Positions 12,191 through 26,124 of a stretch of DNA of 64,000 nucleotides are shown here, piece by piece. This DNA comes from Lytechinus pictus (taxonomy: Eukaryota): the NCBI RefSeq assembly GCF_037042905.1, contig NC_087252.1:17734001-17798000 (forward strand), written 5' to 3'. Position 1 is the first letter of the stretch, and each line of letters opens with the position of its first letter. Position numbers and translations under genes: made by a program. The notes under the pieces were generated by a model. That model worked only from the letters and a program-made list of their open reading frames with translations. It was not told where the DNA came from and did not search any database.

Positions 12191-12769
12191 ACCAATGAAC
12201 GGAATGGCATTAGACTAAACAAAGGTACACAACGTGGTGAGAGGATGAGTTGGCAGTGGACGAATTGGCAATTTACCGTCGGTTTAGTTATACGCCATTG
12301 TCGGTCGTCCAGTCCACGGATGCGCTGTTTTTTTTACTACACCAGCTTATTGATTTGACACTGATTTGACATAAACATTACGTACAACCATGGAGGATTC
12401 TTTCTACCTCCATGGTATAACTTTACTTCATCTCTTCGTTCGAACTTTTTTTCTCCGTCTTCCTTTGTAGGTGGGCAGCGCAAACGGCGGGTGGCCAACG
12501 GTCGTCTTGCAAAGCTGTGCCGCTACAATACGAAAATCAAACCGCGGCGACCCGACAAATATGGTTCCGAATAAAGAACGATATCTGCCGTTAAGAACGA
12601 TACCTGCCGGCGGACATCGTATCCGCCGGTGGAACCAGATCTGCCACTACACCGCTAGTCTCGCTCAAGCCACTACTCTCGATTCGGTAAATATAAATAT
12701 CAGCAGCCGTGGACCCCCCCCCCCACACACACACACACACCTACACTCCTTTTTTCATTGAAAGAACGC

Positions 12770-12925
12770 GTAAGAAAATGTCTATTTGTGAAATTAAGCG
12801 AAACTTCAAAATGTCGTAACTTTCTTATTTTTCATCCGATTTTGATGAAATTTTCAGTGTTATGCTTGTTGGATTTTTTTCTTTTTTTTCAAATCAACTT
12901 TTGTTGGGGTGGACTTCTCCTTTAA
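12770..12925. mobile_element. Right end of a Tsp-like TTAA MITE
   Basis: ...catccgattttgatgaaattttcag...ggggtggacttctcct|ttaa matches the ends of the copies at 27297 and 44028. Confidence 0.75.
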
Positions 12926-13562
12926 TACTTTACACTCTCTTCAATAATTTTTGCGAAATAGTAAAGGCCTAATTGTCACAAAGTTAACAATGAGCATGAA
13001 TGTTTGTATAAAGACGTTAGTCATTAAACTATGAATTCTTCAAATTATTGTTGAGTCCCGAGAAGAGTATTTATATTTTAATGATAAATCTTGTTTTATT
13101 ATCATCTTTTACAATAGACCAAAATGTTTCATTGGACTTTACTTTGAGTTATAAAACTTTTCTCTCTGATAAGTCACACGAAGTTTAACCAATTGGACCT
13201 TCTTTCCAAATAATAATAACGACACACAAATAAGATTAAAATCTTTAAGCAAGTTTATTTTCCTTACCCCCATTTGATATTTCTAGTTTCAAAGTTCTAT
13301 TTGTCCACCAGATAATACGATACGATGTATCATGTATGCTGTTTTATCATGTTCATATTATGCACGTCTTCATTAGGTTGAGCTTATTGTTATTTAGGTC
13401 CACGTTTTCCTCCATGATGTCATGTGATGTAGATTAGCTATAAACTCAACATTCCCATTATAAACATAACATCGTGAAGGGTTTGTGACGATACTCTGCG
13501 TACCCTTCCCGACAATCCAGGGGTCGTTTATCGAAAGGGTGGGTTGAAGGAGGGGTTAAATG

Positions 13563-16500
13563 ACGGTGCGAGGTAAAAATGGCAGAGATAATAATGACAG
13601 AGGTAAAAATGGCAGAGGTAAAAATGGCAGAGGTGAAAATGGCAGAGGTAAAAATGGCAGAGGTAAAAAAGGCAGAGGTAATAATGGCAGAGGTGAAAAT
13701 GGCAGAGGTAATAATGGCAGAGGTAAAAATGGCAGAGGTAAAAATGGCAGAGGTAAAAATGGCAGAGGTAATAATGCCAGAGGTAAAAATGGCAGATGTA
13801 ATAATGACAGAGGTAAAAATATTTCACTCTTTCACTTCAGTCTTTATCTTATTCTAACATCAGTTTCTTTCTCTCTGCTCTTACTGTCATGCTTTCATCT
13901 TTTACTATTTTTCCTTGTACTTGCTGCCCATTTCTTTTCGATCTTTATTTCCCTCTCCTTGCCTCTTTCAATCGTTCTTCCCATTTCTTTTTTTCTTCGA
14001 AAGATATCTTTTCTGCCTTTTAAAATGTGACTATCATGTTCAGATATTTGATATATACATATTTTTATTTTAAAGGTGCATGCGCATAAAATGAATTGAT
14101 TGTCATTGTGAAATAAAGAATTGCGAAAGCCGACTGACTAAAATCAAAATGGGCTAGATGAAGGGCCTTTTCACACGTGTATATTGAAAATGAATTCGTC
14201 TTTATAATCATCGTACCGTACCGTAATTGAGTAAGACTTAACTGGGATTCTCCTATTGAGTAGAATTTGAAATCCTGATTGAAATTATTGTTCGTGATTC
14301 TAATCATGTTCTAGTTTGGTTTCATAAGTGCTAAAAATTCGTCGTTGGCCTAATTTTTCACTGGAATCATTAAAATTACGATTTTTGTACTGTGTGAAAG
14401 GGCGGGTAAACTGTTCAATTTGTTTTCTGACGAATATTTGCACATCCTGATCATAAAGCTAATCAACCACATGACTAGTTATGATTAGTGACCTTTGTAA
14501 GCATTTTAAGCATTATGCAAATGAAAGCTAGTGATAAACGATGGGATATAGATTTTTCATTGGTTAAAGTCAAGTATATTGTAGGCGTTGTTTGATAAAA
14601 AAGGGATGAGGAGTATAATAGAAAGATATCGTCTTCAAGACCAACCACCAACAGTCTTTCATTTCTGAAACTGATTACCAGCATCCGAAGACGCAGCTAC
14701 ATTACTTGACATATTAACAGGATTTATAATACACCTGATTTAGAAAGCTACCATCATTCCTACACTCTGAAAAGCTGAATGATTGAACAGGTTGAGTGCT
14801 GATTCGTATATCACTTTTATGTTTAGAAAGGTAATTGTTTTTCTCTTCTCTTTAAGTGAATTTAATTTCACCTAGCTCATTTTCTTTTTCTTTTCCATAA
14901 GTGAATTTAATTTCAACTAACACCAAAGCTTGTCATTTGTTTTACAACGCCCACTATGGTCACTCTTCTTTTTTCATGAAAAGCGAATCCCACAACATAC
15001 TTGTGATATTCCAGATATCTTCGTACAGACCCGTCAATGGATCAGAAAGTAGCATTGCTTGCAACAAATGCTTTAAGCACAAGCACTTGCTAGCCAAGCA
15101 GAAGATCATGAATTGGCAATTGCTTTATTTCGTATGCATAACCCTCTGCTTGTGTTTAAACCTTTTTTCTTGACTTGAGAAAGCAAATTACTAGCGGATT
15201 GAACAAAGGTGGGAATCGAGTGCAAATATCGCTTCTCTTTAGTATAACTTCTTTTCCTTAGACGTGGTGTCAAACTATTCCTTTAACTTGGGTCAGATGC
15301 CTAAAAGGTAGCAATTGCTTTTGCTAGGCTTTTGCTTGACTTTTGCTTGATTCCGTATGCATAAAAATGAGCAAGCAAATGCCTCTGCAAGTAAGTTCAA
15401 GCAATCGTTAACTGACTGCTAGCATTTCCTTGACGATTAAGCTATTACTGAAACGCGTTTGCATATAAAGCGAACATTTTGCTTGTGCGTTTAAGCAATT
15501 GCTTGAGTTTTTTCAAGCTCCGTCAGAGCAGCTTGAGCGTTTGTTTTATCATGGCGTCCGCGTTTAAAATCATGTTTACATCGGCGGGTCCATGGCAGAG
15601 GTAATGGCAGAGGTAATAATGACAGAGGTGAAAATGGCAGAGGTAAAAATGGCAGAGGTGAAAATGGCAGAGGTAAAAATGGCAGAGGTGAAAATGGCAG
15701 AGGTAAAAATGGCAGACGTAATAATGGCAGAGGTAAAAATGGCAGAGGTGAAAATGGCAGAGGTGAAAATGGCAGAGGTAAAAATGGCAGAGGTGAAAAT
15801 GGCAGAGGTAATAATGGCAGAGGTAAAAATGGCAGAGGTAATAATGACAGAGGTAAAAATGTTTCACTCTTTCACTTCAGTCTTTATCTTATTCTAACAT
15901 CAGTTTCTTCCTCTCTGCTCTTAATGTCATGCTTTCATCTTTTACTATTTTCCCTTGTACTTGCTGCCCCTTTCTTTTCGATCTTTATTTCCCTCTCCTT
16001 GCCTCTTTCAATCGTTCTTCCCATTTCTTTTTTTCTTCGAAAGATATCTTTTCTGCCTTTTAAAATGTGACTATCATGTTCAGATATTTGATATATACAT
16101 ATTTTTATGTTAAAGGTGCATGCGCATAAAATGAATTGATTGTCATTGTGAAATAAAGAATTGGAAAAGCCGACTGACTAAAATCAAAATGGGCTAGATG
16201 AAGGGCCTTTTCACACGTGTATATTGAAAATGAATTCGTCTTTATAATCATCGTACCGTACCGTAATTGAGTAAGACTTAACTGGGATAGGGCGGGTAAC
16301 CTGTTCAATTTTTTTCTGACGAATATTTGCACATCCTGATCATAAATTTAGCTAATCAACCACATGACTAGTTATGATTAGTGACCTTTGTAAGCATTTT
16401 AAGCATTATGCAAATGAAAGCTAGTGATAAACGATGGGATATAGATTTTTCATTGGTTAAAGTCAAGTATATTGTAGGCGTTGTTTGATAAAAAAGGGAT

Positions 16501-19418
16501 GAGGAGTATAATAGAAAGATATCGTCTTCAAGACCAACCACCAACAGTCTTTCATTTCTGAAACTGATTACCAGCATCCGAAGACGCAGCTACATTACTT
16601 GACATATTAACAGGATTTATAATACACCTGATTTAGAAAGCTACCATCATTCCTACACTCTGAAAAGCTGAATGATTGAACAGGTTGAGTGCTGATTCGT
16701 ATATCACTTTTATGTTTAGAAAGGTAATTGTTTTTCTCTTCTCTTTAAGTGAATTTAATTTCACCTAGCTCATTTTCTTTTTCTTTTCTATAAGTGAATT
16801 TAATTTCAACTAACACCAAAGCTTGTCATTTGTTTTACAACGCCCACTATGGTCACTCTTCTTTTTTCATGAAAAGCGAATCCCACAACATACTTGTGAT
16901 ATTCCAGATATCTTCGTACAGACCCGTCAATGGATCAGAAAGTAGCATTGCTTGCAACAAATGCTTTAAGCACAAGCACTTGCTAGCCAAGCAGAAGATC
17001 ATGAATTGGCAATTGCTTTATTTCGTATGCATAACCCTCTGCTTGTGTTTAAACCTTTTTTCTTGACTTGAGAAATCAAATTCCTTAGACGTGGTGTCAA
17101 ACTATTCCTTTAACTTGGGTCAGATGCCTAAAAGGTAGCAATTGCTTTTGCTAGGCTTTTGCTTGACTTTTGCTTGATTCCGTATGCATAAAAATGAGCA
17201 AGCAAATGCCTCTGCTAGTAAGTTCAAGCAATCGTTAACTGACTGCTAGCATTTCCTTGACGATTAAGCTATTACTGAAACGCGTTTGCATATAAAGCGA
17301 ACATTTTGCTTGTGCGTTTAGACAATTGCTTGAGTTTTTTCAAGCTCCGTCAGAGCAGCTTGAGCGTTTGTTTTATCATGGCGTCCGCGTTTAAAATCAT
17401 GTTTACATCGGCGGGTCCATGGCAGAGGTAATGGCAGAGGTAAAAATGGCAGAGGTAATAATGACAGAGGTGAAAATGGCAGAGGTAAAAATGGCAGAGG
17501 TAAAAATGGCAGAGGTAAAAATGGCAGAGGTGAAAATGGCAGAGGTGAAAATGGCAGAGGTAAAAATGGCAGAGGTGAAAATGGCAGAGGTAATAATGGC
17601 AGAGGTAAAAATGGCAGAGGCAATAATGACAGAGGTAAAAATATTTCACTCTTTCACTTCAGTCTTTATCTTATTCTAACATCAGTTTCTTTCTCTCTGC
17701 TCTTACTGTCATGCTTTCATCTTTTACTATTTTTCCTTGTACTTGCTGCCCATTTCTTTTCGATCTTTATTTCCCTCTCCTTGCCTCTTTCAATCGTTCT
17801 TCCCATTTCTTTTTTTCTTCGAAAGATATCTTTTCTGCCTTTTAAAATGTGACTATCATGTTCAGATATTTGATATATACATATTTTTATTTTAAAGGTG
17901 CATGCGCATAAAATGAATTGATTGTCATTGTGTAATAAAGAATTGGAAAAGCCGACTGACTAAAATCAAAATGGGCTAGATGAAGGGCCTTTTCACACGT
18001 GTATATTGAAAATGAATTCGTCTTTATAATCATCGTACCGTACCGTAATTGAGTAAGACTTAACTGGGATTCTCCTCCTGAGTAGAATTTGAAATCCTGA
18101 TTGAGATTATTGTTCGTGATTCTAATCATGTTCTAGTTTGGTTTCATAAGTGCTAAAAATTCGTCGTTGGCCTAATTTTTCACTGGAATCATTAAAATTA
18201 CGATTTTTGTACTGTGTGAAAGGGCTGGTAACCTGTTCAATTTTTTTTCTGACGAATATTTGCACATCCTGATCATAAAGCTAATCAACCACATGACTAG
18301 TTATGATTAGTGACCTTTGTAAGCATTTTAAGCATTATGCAAATGAAAGCTAGTGATAAACGATGGGATATAGATTTTTCATTGGTTAAAGTCAAGTATA
18401 TTGTAGGCGTTGTTTGATAAAAAAGGGATGAGGAGTATAATAGAAAGATATCGTCTTCAAGACCAACCACCAACAGTCTTTCATTTCTGAAACTGATTAC
18501 CAGCATCCGAAGACGCAGCTACATTACTTGACATATTAACAGGATTTATAATACACCTGATTTAGAAAGCTACCATCATTCCTACACTCTGAAAAGCTGA
18601 ATGATTGAACAGGTTGAGTGCTGATTCGTATATCACTTTTATGTTTAGAAAGGTAATTGTTTTTCTCTTCTCTTTAAGTGAATTTAATTTCACCTAGCTC
18701 ATTTTCTTTTTCTTTTCTATAAGTGAATTTAATTTCAACTAACACCAAAGCTTGTCATTTGTTTTACAACGCCCACTATGGTCACTCTTCTTTTTTCATG
18801 AAAAGCGAATCCCACAACATACTTGTGATATTCCAGATATCTTCGTACAGACCCGTCAATGGATCAGAAAGTAGCATTGCTTGCAACAAATGCTTTAAGC
18901 ACAAGCACTTGCTAGCCAAGCAGAAGATCATGAATTGGCAATTGCTTTATTTCGTATGCATAACCCTCTGCTTGTGTTTAAACCTTTTTTCTTGACTTGA
19001 GAAAGCAAATTACTAGCGGATTGAACAAAGGTGGGAATCGAGTGCAAATATCGCTTCTCTTTAGTATAACTTCTTTTCCTTAGACGTGGTGTCAAACTAT
19101 TCCTTTAACTTGGGTCAGATGCCTAAAAGGTAGCAATTGCTTTTGCTAGGCTTTTGCTTGACTTTTGCTTGATTCCGTATGCATAAAAATGAGCAAGCAA
19201 ATGCCTCTGCAAGTAAGTTCAAGCAATCGTTAACTGACTGCTAGCATTTCCTTGACGATTAAGCTATTACTGAAACGCGTTTGCATATAAAGCGAACATT
19301 TTGCTTGTGCGTTTAAGCAATTGCTTGAGTTTTTTCAAGCTCCGTCAGAGCAGCTTGAGCGTTTGTTTTATCATGGCGTCCGCGTTTAAAATCATCTTTA
19401 CATCGGTGGGTTCATGGG
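13563..19418 (+). repeat. Three near-identical tandem units (~1.8-2.0 kb), each headed by a 15-bp minisatellite (ggcagaggtaaaaat)n
   Basis: The marker tttcactctttcacttcag occurs at ~13822, 15862 and 17644. Identical short ORFs are repeated three times in the ORF track. Confidence 0.97.
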
Positions 19419-20230
19419 GCCCGAGGGGTCCGCCCCCCCCCCCCTCTATTTGCGGAGCAAAAGAAAGGTAAAGGGGGAGAAAAAAGGAGAGGAGGTAAAA
19501 GAGGGGAAATAAAAGGAGAAAGACGAGATAATAAAATTAGGTGAGGGGAAGACTTGGGGAAAAAACAAGTTACTATAATTTTCGCGCTCGCATTGCCTGT
19601 TCGATGAGATACATGTCTTGCTCAATAGGCTGATATGAAGCTTAAAATATCAAGGTTTGAAGTCAACATGCAAAACATATTTCAGTTCGGATATCAAGCT
19701 TTCATTATTGTACTTGATTTACAAATTCTTTTTTTTTAAGTGCTCTGTAAAATTTCTTTTTCATAGCAGTTTATCAAAAATTTCGGCTCGCAATTTGCGC
19801 TCGCATTAATTGTTGTAAATATATTAACTCATACATCGTATTCTTCATTACAAAAATGCTTAAAATGTCCACTTTTAGGCCTTGATATTAACACATTTTT
19901 GCGCTCTCTTCATGCTTATTAGATTGATAAAGAGGATAATAGCATTTACATTATTAATTCACAATGACTAAATTGTTCCATTTTTCAGAATGGAATATCA
20001 ACAAGTTTCACGTAGCGCCTAATAAGAGGAAAATAATCATCATTTTCATATCATGACATAATTTCCTATGCGGCGCCGGTCGCGCCTAGGTAAAGATGAT
20101 GATTAAAAGAATATCAGCTCGCATCATTTATCATGTGCGATCCACATCTATATTGAAATTTTCCTACACAGTGCTTAAAATAATGCGTAAAATTTACCCT
20201 TTTCAGCTCGAAAAAATCAAATATTTTGCT
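19400..20230 (+). mobile_element. Partial hAT-type element related to 21364-23558
   Basis: ggggcccgagggg-C-run-ctatt-cggagcaaaa start and internal gctcgc motifs align with 21364-22400. Confidence 0.65.
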
Positions 20231-21363
20231 TAAGCATATTCTTTTGGTTGGCTAGCTTTTGCTTGTGCTTGAAGCAATTGTTTCCTGACCCCTTGGTTCT
20301 AGTTAATAAATTTATATATACAGTTGCCATTCAGTTTGCACTGCCTAGGAAAAAAACATTTACATTTAGGCTACTGTAACCTTTGGGGTTGGGAGCCCCA
20401 ACTACCCGTTCTGCCTTCCCCTACCCCTACTACCTTGCTTCTTGAGGAAATTTTCACATTCAAATTAAAATTCATTTTATTCATATCCATCGAAATATGA
20501 ACAAAATCAGGAATATCATCAAAACAAGAAAAATCAATATTATAACTTCAGGAAAAAGGTAAAACCAACAGCAAATGCTTGATCTTACTAGCAAAAGCAT
20601 TTGCTTGCTCATTTTTATGCATATGTAATCAAGCAAAAGCCTAGCAAAAGCATTTGTTATTGATTATGCATCTGACCCAATATAGGCCGAAAGTAGCAAT
20701 CGCTTTTGTTAGGCTTTTGCTTAGCTTTTGCTTAATATTCCGTACGCATAAAAATGAGCGAGCAAAAGCTCAAGCAATTTCTAATATATTAGCGTTTGCT
20801 TCACGATCAAGCTATTGCTAAAAAGCATATGCATAAAACGAATATTTTGCTTGTGCGTTTAAGCATTTGCTTGTGCTTTCTCTAGTACCTTCAGAGCAGC
20901 TTGAGCGTTTACACGATCAGCCCGTTCGCGTAACTGAGAGAGAACCAAAAGGTGTACAGAAGCCTGAAGTCTGAGGAAAGATGGAGGAGAGAAAATGTAT
21001 TTTGCACTACCACACTTTTGCGTTCGAGCCCCGCTTTTGTTCTGTGAGTCGTGTTCGCACTATACAAATTTATTTGAAAGCAAGTCATGGGGTTGCTTTT
21101 GCATTTTTCTAAGTTGATATTGAAGGATTTTGTGAAATTTTTCAGATTTCAACGTTGACGACGCTCTGGTTCTGCTATATGCAGACGAGGCAAATGATGG
21201 GGCCTTACACGGCGTATGCCTATCTGCCTATGGAGCAATTGAAACATTCTAAAGACCGGCAAGAAAGCAATTTTGTTTAGCGTTTTAACCCTAAAAAGAC
21301 TGGGATATTTGAGATGTATTGAGGACTGAGATAAGAAGGGGACCATGATGCCCCCTTCTAATC

Positions 21364-23558
21364 CATAGGCGGATCCAGGGGGGCCCGAGGGGCCCGCCCC
21401 CCCCCCCCCCTATTGGCGGAGCAAAAAAAAGGGGGAAAAAAGAAAGAAAAAAAGAAAAAGGAGGGAAAAGAGAGGAGAAAAGGGATAGGAGGAAGACGAG
21501 TGAATAAAATAGGATGAGGGGAAGACTTGGAAAATAAAAGGAATCTTTCATGTCACTACAAAAAAAATTTCGCTCGCGTTTCACGCTCGCATTGCTTGTT
21601 AGGTGATTTTGTTCAATGTACGTTATCTTGTTCAATAAGGAGTTTAAATATCAAGTTTGGAAGTCAATATACAAAAAATATTTCATCTATAAAAATCGAA
21701 CTTTCATTATTTTGTGAGATTTACTAAATGATTTTTAAAATTGCTTTGGAAAAAATATAAGTTTTATGGACTGAATATTGACATTTTCTACTCGCGCTGC
21801 ATGCACGCTAGCAAATTTTGATTTATCAGGTACCTATTATTTTCGTGTATTCCATAAAGTTGTCAAAATATCCCTTTTCAGGTTTGATTGTTAAAACGTA
21901 TCAGCTAGCGCTGCACGCTCGCATTTTGATGGTCGAATTATGTATGTCTCAATATTGATTACATTATAAACTGCCTAAAATCCACTTTTCATGACAGTGT
22001 ATAAAAAACTTAGGCTCGCAGTTTTTGCTCGCATTAATGGTTAAAGATATTTTAAGTGATGCATCAATTTTGCAAAAGTGCTTTAGATGTCCAGTTTTCA
22101 GGCCATAATACCATCAGATTTCGCGCCCTCATTAGGCATTAATGAATAAGATATCAATTTATTTATAATTGAAATGTCCATTTTGTTTCATCTCGCGCTT
22201 AGCAAGAGGAATAGAAAAACATTCATCATTTTCATAATTATGATGACATGTCCTATCCGGTGTCCTATGTCCTATGTCAAAACTCAAAGCAATTATAATG
22301 AAAAATATTAGCTCTTTATCAAGTGCGACCCATATCCACCTCATTATTTTCTTACAAAGTGCTTGAAATAGAATGCTGAAATTGAGATCGGAATATCAAA
22401 TAGTTTAAGCTCGCGCTTCGCGCTCGCTTTTATTTTCATCATAAAATGTGTATTTACAATGCCCAGATTCTAGGTCTAAATATTAAACACGCGCGCACAT
22501 TTTTATTCAGATCCTCAACTTGTTCTCTATCTAAATCATTATCCAGTTTCAGATGACAATAAAAAAAAATTTCTGCTCGCGCTTTGTGCTCGCATTATTG
22601 ATGTAGGAAGATCCCCTTGACTCATTATTTTCATTATTTACAAAACATGAATAGAGTGTCCCGTTTTGGGGTCTTAATATCGAATTCTTTCCGCTCGCAT
22701 CAATGTTTAGTTATATAGCTATCCTGTTCACGATTACGCAAATTGATTAAAATTGTCCATTCTTTATGCAGAAATGTCAAAAATTTTCAGCTCGCGCTTC
22801 GCGCTCGCATTATTTGATTGTTGAAATATGTAACGTCTTAATGGCTAAGTGCAAGCAGTCCTTAACAGGTACTTTTTCTATCAGTTAAAAACGTATACTG
22901 CTCGCGCTTTGCGCTCGCATTATTAATGTAAGGAACATCCCAATTTACTCATCCTTGTCATGATTTACAAAACATGAATATAAAGTGTCTCGTTCAGAAG
23001 GTCTAAATCTCGAAAATTTTCGGCTCACGCTTCGCGCTCGCATCAATTGTTTAGTTATATACCTATTCTGTTTAAGTTACAGAAAGTGCTGAGAATTTCC
23101 GTTCTTTAGGTAAAAATGTCAAAAAATTTTAGCTCGCGCTTTGCGCTCGCATTATTTGATTTCTAAAATATGTAACGTATTCCTGGCTAAACTGCATACA
23201 GTCTTTAACAAGCACCTTTGCCATCAGTTCATTTCTGCTCGCGCTTCGCGTTCGTAGTAATTATTTAGTTGCATACACATCTTTTTCAGGATAACAAACA
23301 TTGTCCAGAATGTTCATATTTTAGGAAAAAATGCATAAGATTTCCAAAAAATTTAGCTCGCGCTTCGCGCTCGCATTATATAGATAAGGATTGTGATATT
23401 ATATATTTATGTTGATTTATAAGAATAAAGCTAAGAAGTGACTATTCGGATTACCCCTTAAAAAAACCAAAAATCATCTTAGATCGGGGAAAATATGGCT
23501 GAAAAAAAAATCCGCCCCCCCCCCCCCCCGCTATTGGCGAAGGCTGGATCTGCCCCTG
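21364..23558. mobile_element. 2.2-kb hAT-type non-autonomous element with periodic gctcgcgcttcgcgctcgc motifs
   Basis: TIR cataggcggatccag / ctggatctgcccctg. The flanks share only taatc, so the TSD is partial. Confidence 0.75.
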
Positions 23559-24098
23559 TAATCTCGGCCACCGTTCAGGCGATCGAAGTTACATTTTGCA
23601 CGCACATTCCTTACCAAAAGAAACTACTAGCCATTTTTTTTATATTGAAAATAATTATCTGTATATCAACTATGGATAAAATATACATATTTATTCGTTA
23701 AAAAAATTATTTGCATATTTAACATTCAGTTTTACTTCAAACTTTCATTTTTAAAGATGAAATCTATGCAATTTTATTTAAAGGTTTCCGGAAAAATAAA
23801 TTGCGAAAGCCAAATTATTCCGTATGTATTTCTCTCTTTTTAAATTTCCTATTCATTTTTGTGTCTTTCATCTTTTTTTTTTCAATGGAAATTATTACAG
23901 ACTATTTAAAACCTAAATTAAACCCTCAATTAATCAAGCAGACCAATTAGAAGGAAGACTAATCGCCCTTTTATGAATTTCATCTTCGTCAGAATTTGTA
24001 CACAACGTATAAATATGAGCCATTTCCTGTTTAACATTGTCTCGTAAAAACTCACGTGGCATTGCGATGCTATACCCGTAGGTCGAATTTGTCTTTAA

Positions 24099-24684
24099 AG
24101 GAGAATGAAACCCTTGAAACCAGCTATATCCATATCAAAGAGAAAAATCAAAGAAACATATTGTTGAAAGTTTGAGGAAGATTGAATGAATAATAAGAAA
24201 GTTATGAGCATTTGAATATTGAGATCACTAATGCCATGTAGATCCTCCCTATTGGCAATGCGACCAAGATCTGTGATGTCACACACGTACAACTCCCTCA
24301 TAACTTTAGTACTTATGTCACTTATATTCTCACTTTTATAGAGTCTATCACAAGGTGAGGTGTTCTCTTTATGAGAGGACAAGTACAGAGGTTTCACAAC
24401 ATTATATCATTGATGAATCGTTTGTCATATGATTAGAATGAGCAAAAAGAGATGTTTTGGGGGTATATTTTCAGTGTCCAAAAGGGGAGAGTTGTTCATC
24501 TGTGACATCATAGATCTTGGTCGCATTGCCAATGGGAGGATCTCCATAGCATTAGTGATGTCGACATTCAAATGTTCATAACCCTTCTATTGCTAGTCCT
24601 ATTTTACTCAAACTTTTGTTGATCTTATTCTTTGATTTTCCTGCTTTCACAAAAGCTAACTTGCTCCAAGAGTTTCATTCTCCT
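24099..24684. mobile_element. Kolobok-type MITE
   Basis: TTAA|aggagaatgaaac ... gtttcattctcct|TTAA with long internal inverted repeats. Confidence 0.9.
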
Positions 24685-25353
24685 TTAAGAAATGCACGAG
24701 ACATGAAAAAAGTCATACAATTTTGCCGCGCTTTTTTTTTCGTTCTGGGGATTTTGGTGATACAATTTACCAATGCAAAATTCACCCCTTTCCCTTTCGT
24801 TTTCTTATTTTCCTTAATTGCTTCTTCTTAGTTATGGATTTGTTTAGTGATATTTTGACAATATTTTAGTTAATTTCACTTCAAATTAGTATTGCGAAGA
24901 ATATTACCAAACAAATGGGATAATGAGTGACAAAAGGAACCGTTAAATGCAATTTTACGCAGAAACCAGTTAATACCCTTTTCAAAAATGATGCCACTAA
25001 TTCAGGTGGTCGATAAGGGTTATGAGGCTGCAAGCCACGCAAAATGAGACAAAAAATACCTGAATACACCCTCACAATCATAAAGTGCACTTTTCATGTA
25101 GTAAAGTGCCCAAAACGGTGTAATTTCACACAATATCGCGTGATATCTCATCCATTTAAATCTTTGTTTCCTATTAAACACACGTTTTCCAGCTTAGCAC
25201 AATATTCATGATAATAAGAGTATCTCTGTTTAATATTTACCGTTTGAAAAGTGAATGGAAGATAAAAAAACATGAACAACATTTTAAAGGGACTCATTCA
25301 TCTTCATCAGAATCAGCATAAAGTTAGATAATGTATATGGCCTACCATTTCTT

Positions 25354-25396
<43 letters not shown>

Positions 25397-25639
25397 CAGT
25401 AGTAATAATAATAATAATAATAATTATAAGCATTCATATGGCACCATCTATCTAGAAATATCCGATCCCGAGGCACACAAGAAAAAGAAAGAATGAGAGA
25501 GTTTGGATGAGTGTCAAAGTGCCAAGAACTATTGTTAAAATATTAGCTTCAGTTTAGATTTGAAAGTCTCTAGTGATGATATAATTATTCTTAGATTCAA
25601 TGGAAAATTATTCCAAAGAGAATGATACTAGCACGATTG

Positions 25640-26124
25640 CAGGGGCGGCAGAACGGGGGGGGGGGGCACCCCTCAATAAAAAAATCCCCTTTTTCAAAAA
25701 TGGAATGTGTCCTTTTTCAAATGAAATACTATATTTGAAGTAAAACAATACATTTTCGGTTAGAAAATCGTAATAATTTTGGGCTCGCGTTCGCATCAAT
25801 TAATGTTTAGTAAAATACTCATTTTATTACAAAAAGTGCTTAGACTTTCCAGTTTTTAGGTTGGATTATATCATAAATTTTTAGCTCGGACTTGGCGCTC
25901 ACATTAATTGATTGGTGAGATATTGATCAGTCACTAAATGCAGTCCTTATCAGGTTCCTTTTCTGGTCAGTAATTAACTTGATTACTACAAAACACACAC
26001 CTACTTCAAGCAGATGATAATCCTACGGAGAAAATATCCGTTTGCTCCATAATGCCAATTTTGACATATAAGTGCCCTTTTGGGGCTTTGATCCCCCGAA
26101 CGAAAATACGGTCCGCCGCCCCTG
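25640..26124. mobile_element. hAT-type MITE
   Basis: TIR caggggcggc / gccgcccctg. Degenerate 8-bp TSD cacgattg / catggttg. Confidence 0.8.

Noticed and set aside
13528..17679. Repetitive ORFs (MAEVK)n, (GRGKN)n and (LCHFY)n
   Set aside because: These are translations of a stop-free 15-bp minisatellite that is open in several frames on both strands.
21570..23375. CRISPR-like array (conserved repeat with spacers)
   Set aside because: The context is eukaryotic with no cas genes. The spacers are ~100 bp and related to one another, and the array lies inside a TIR element.
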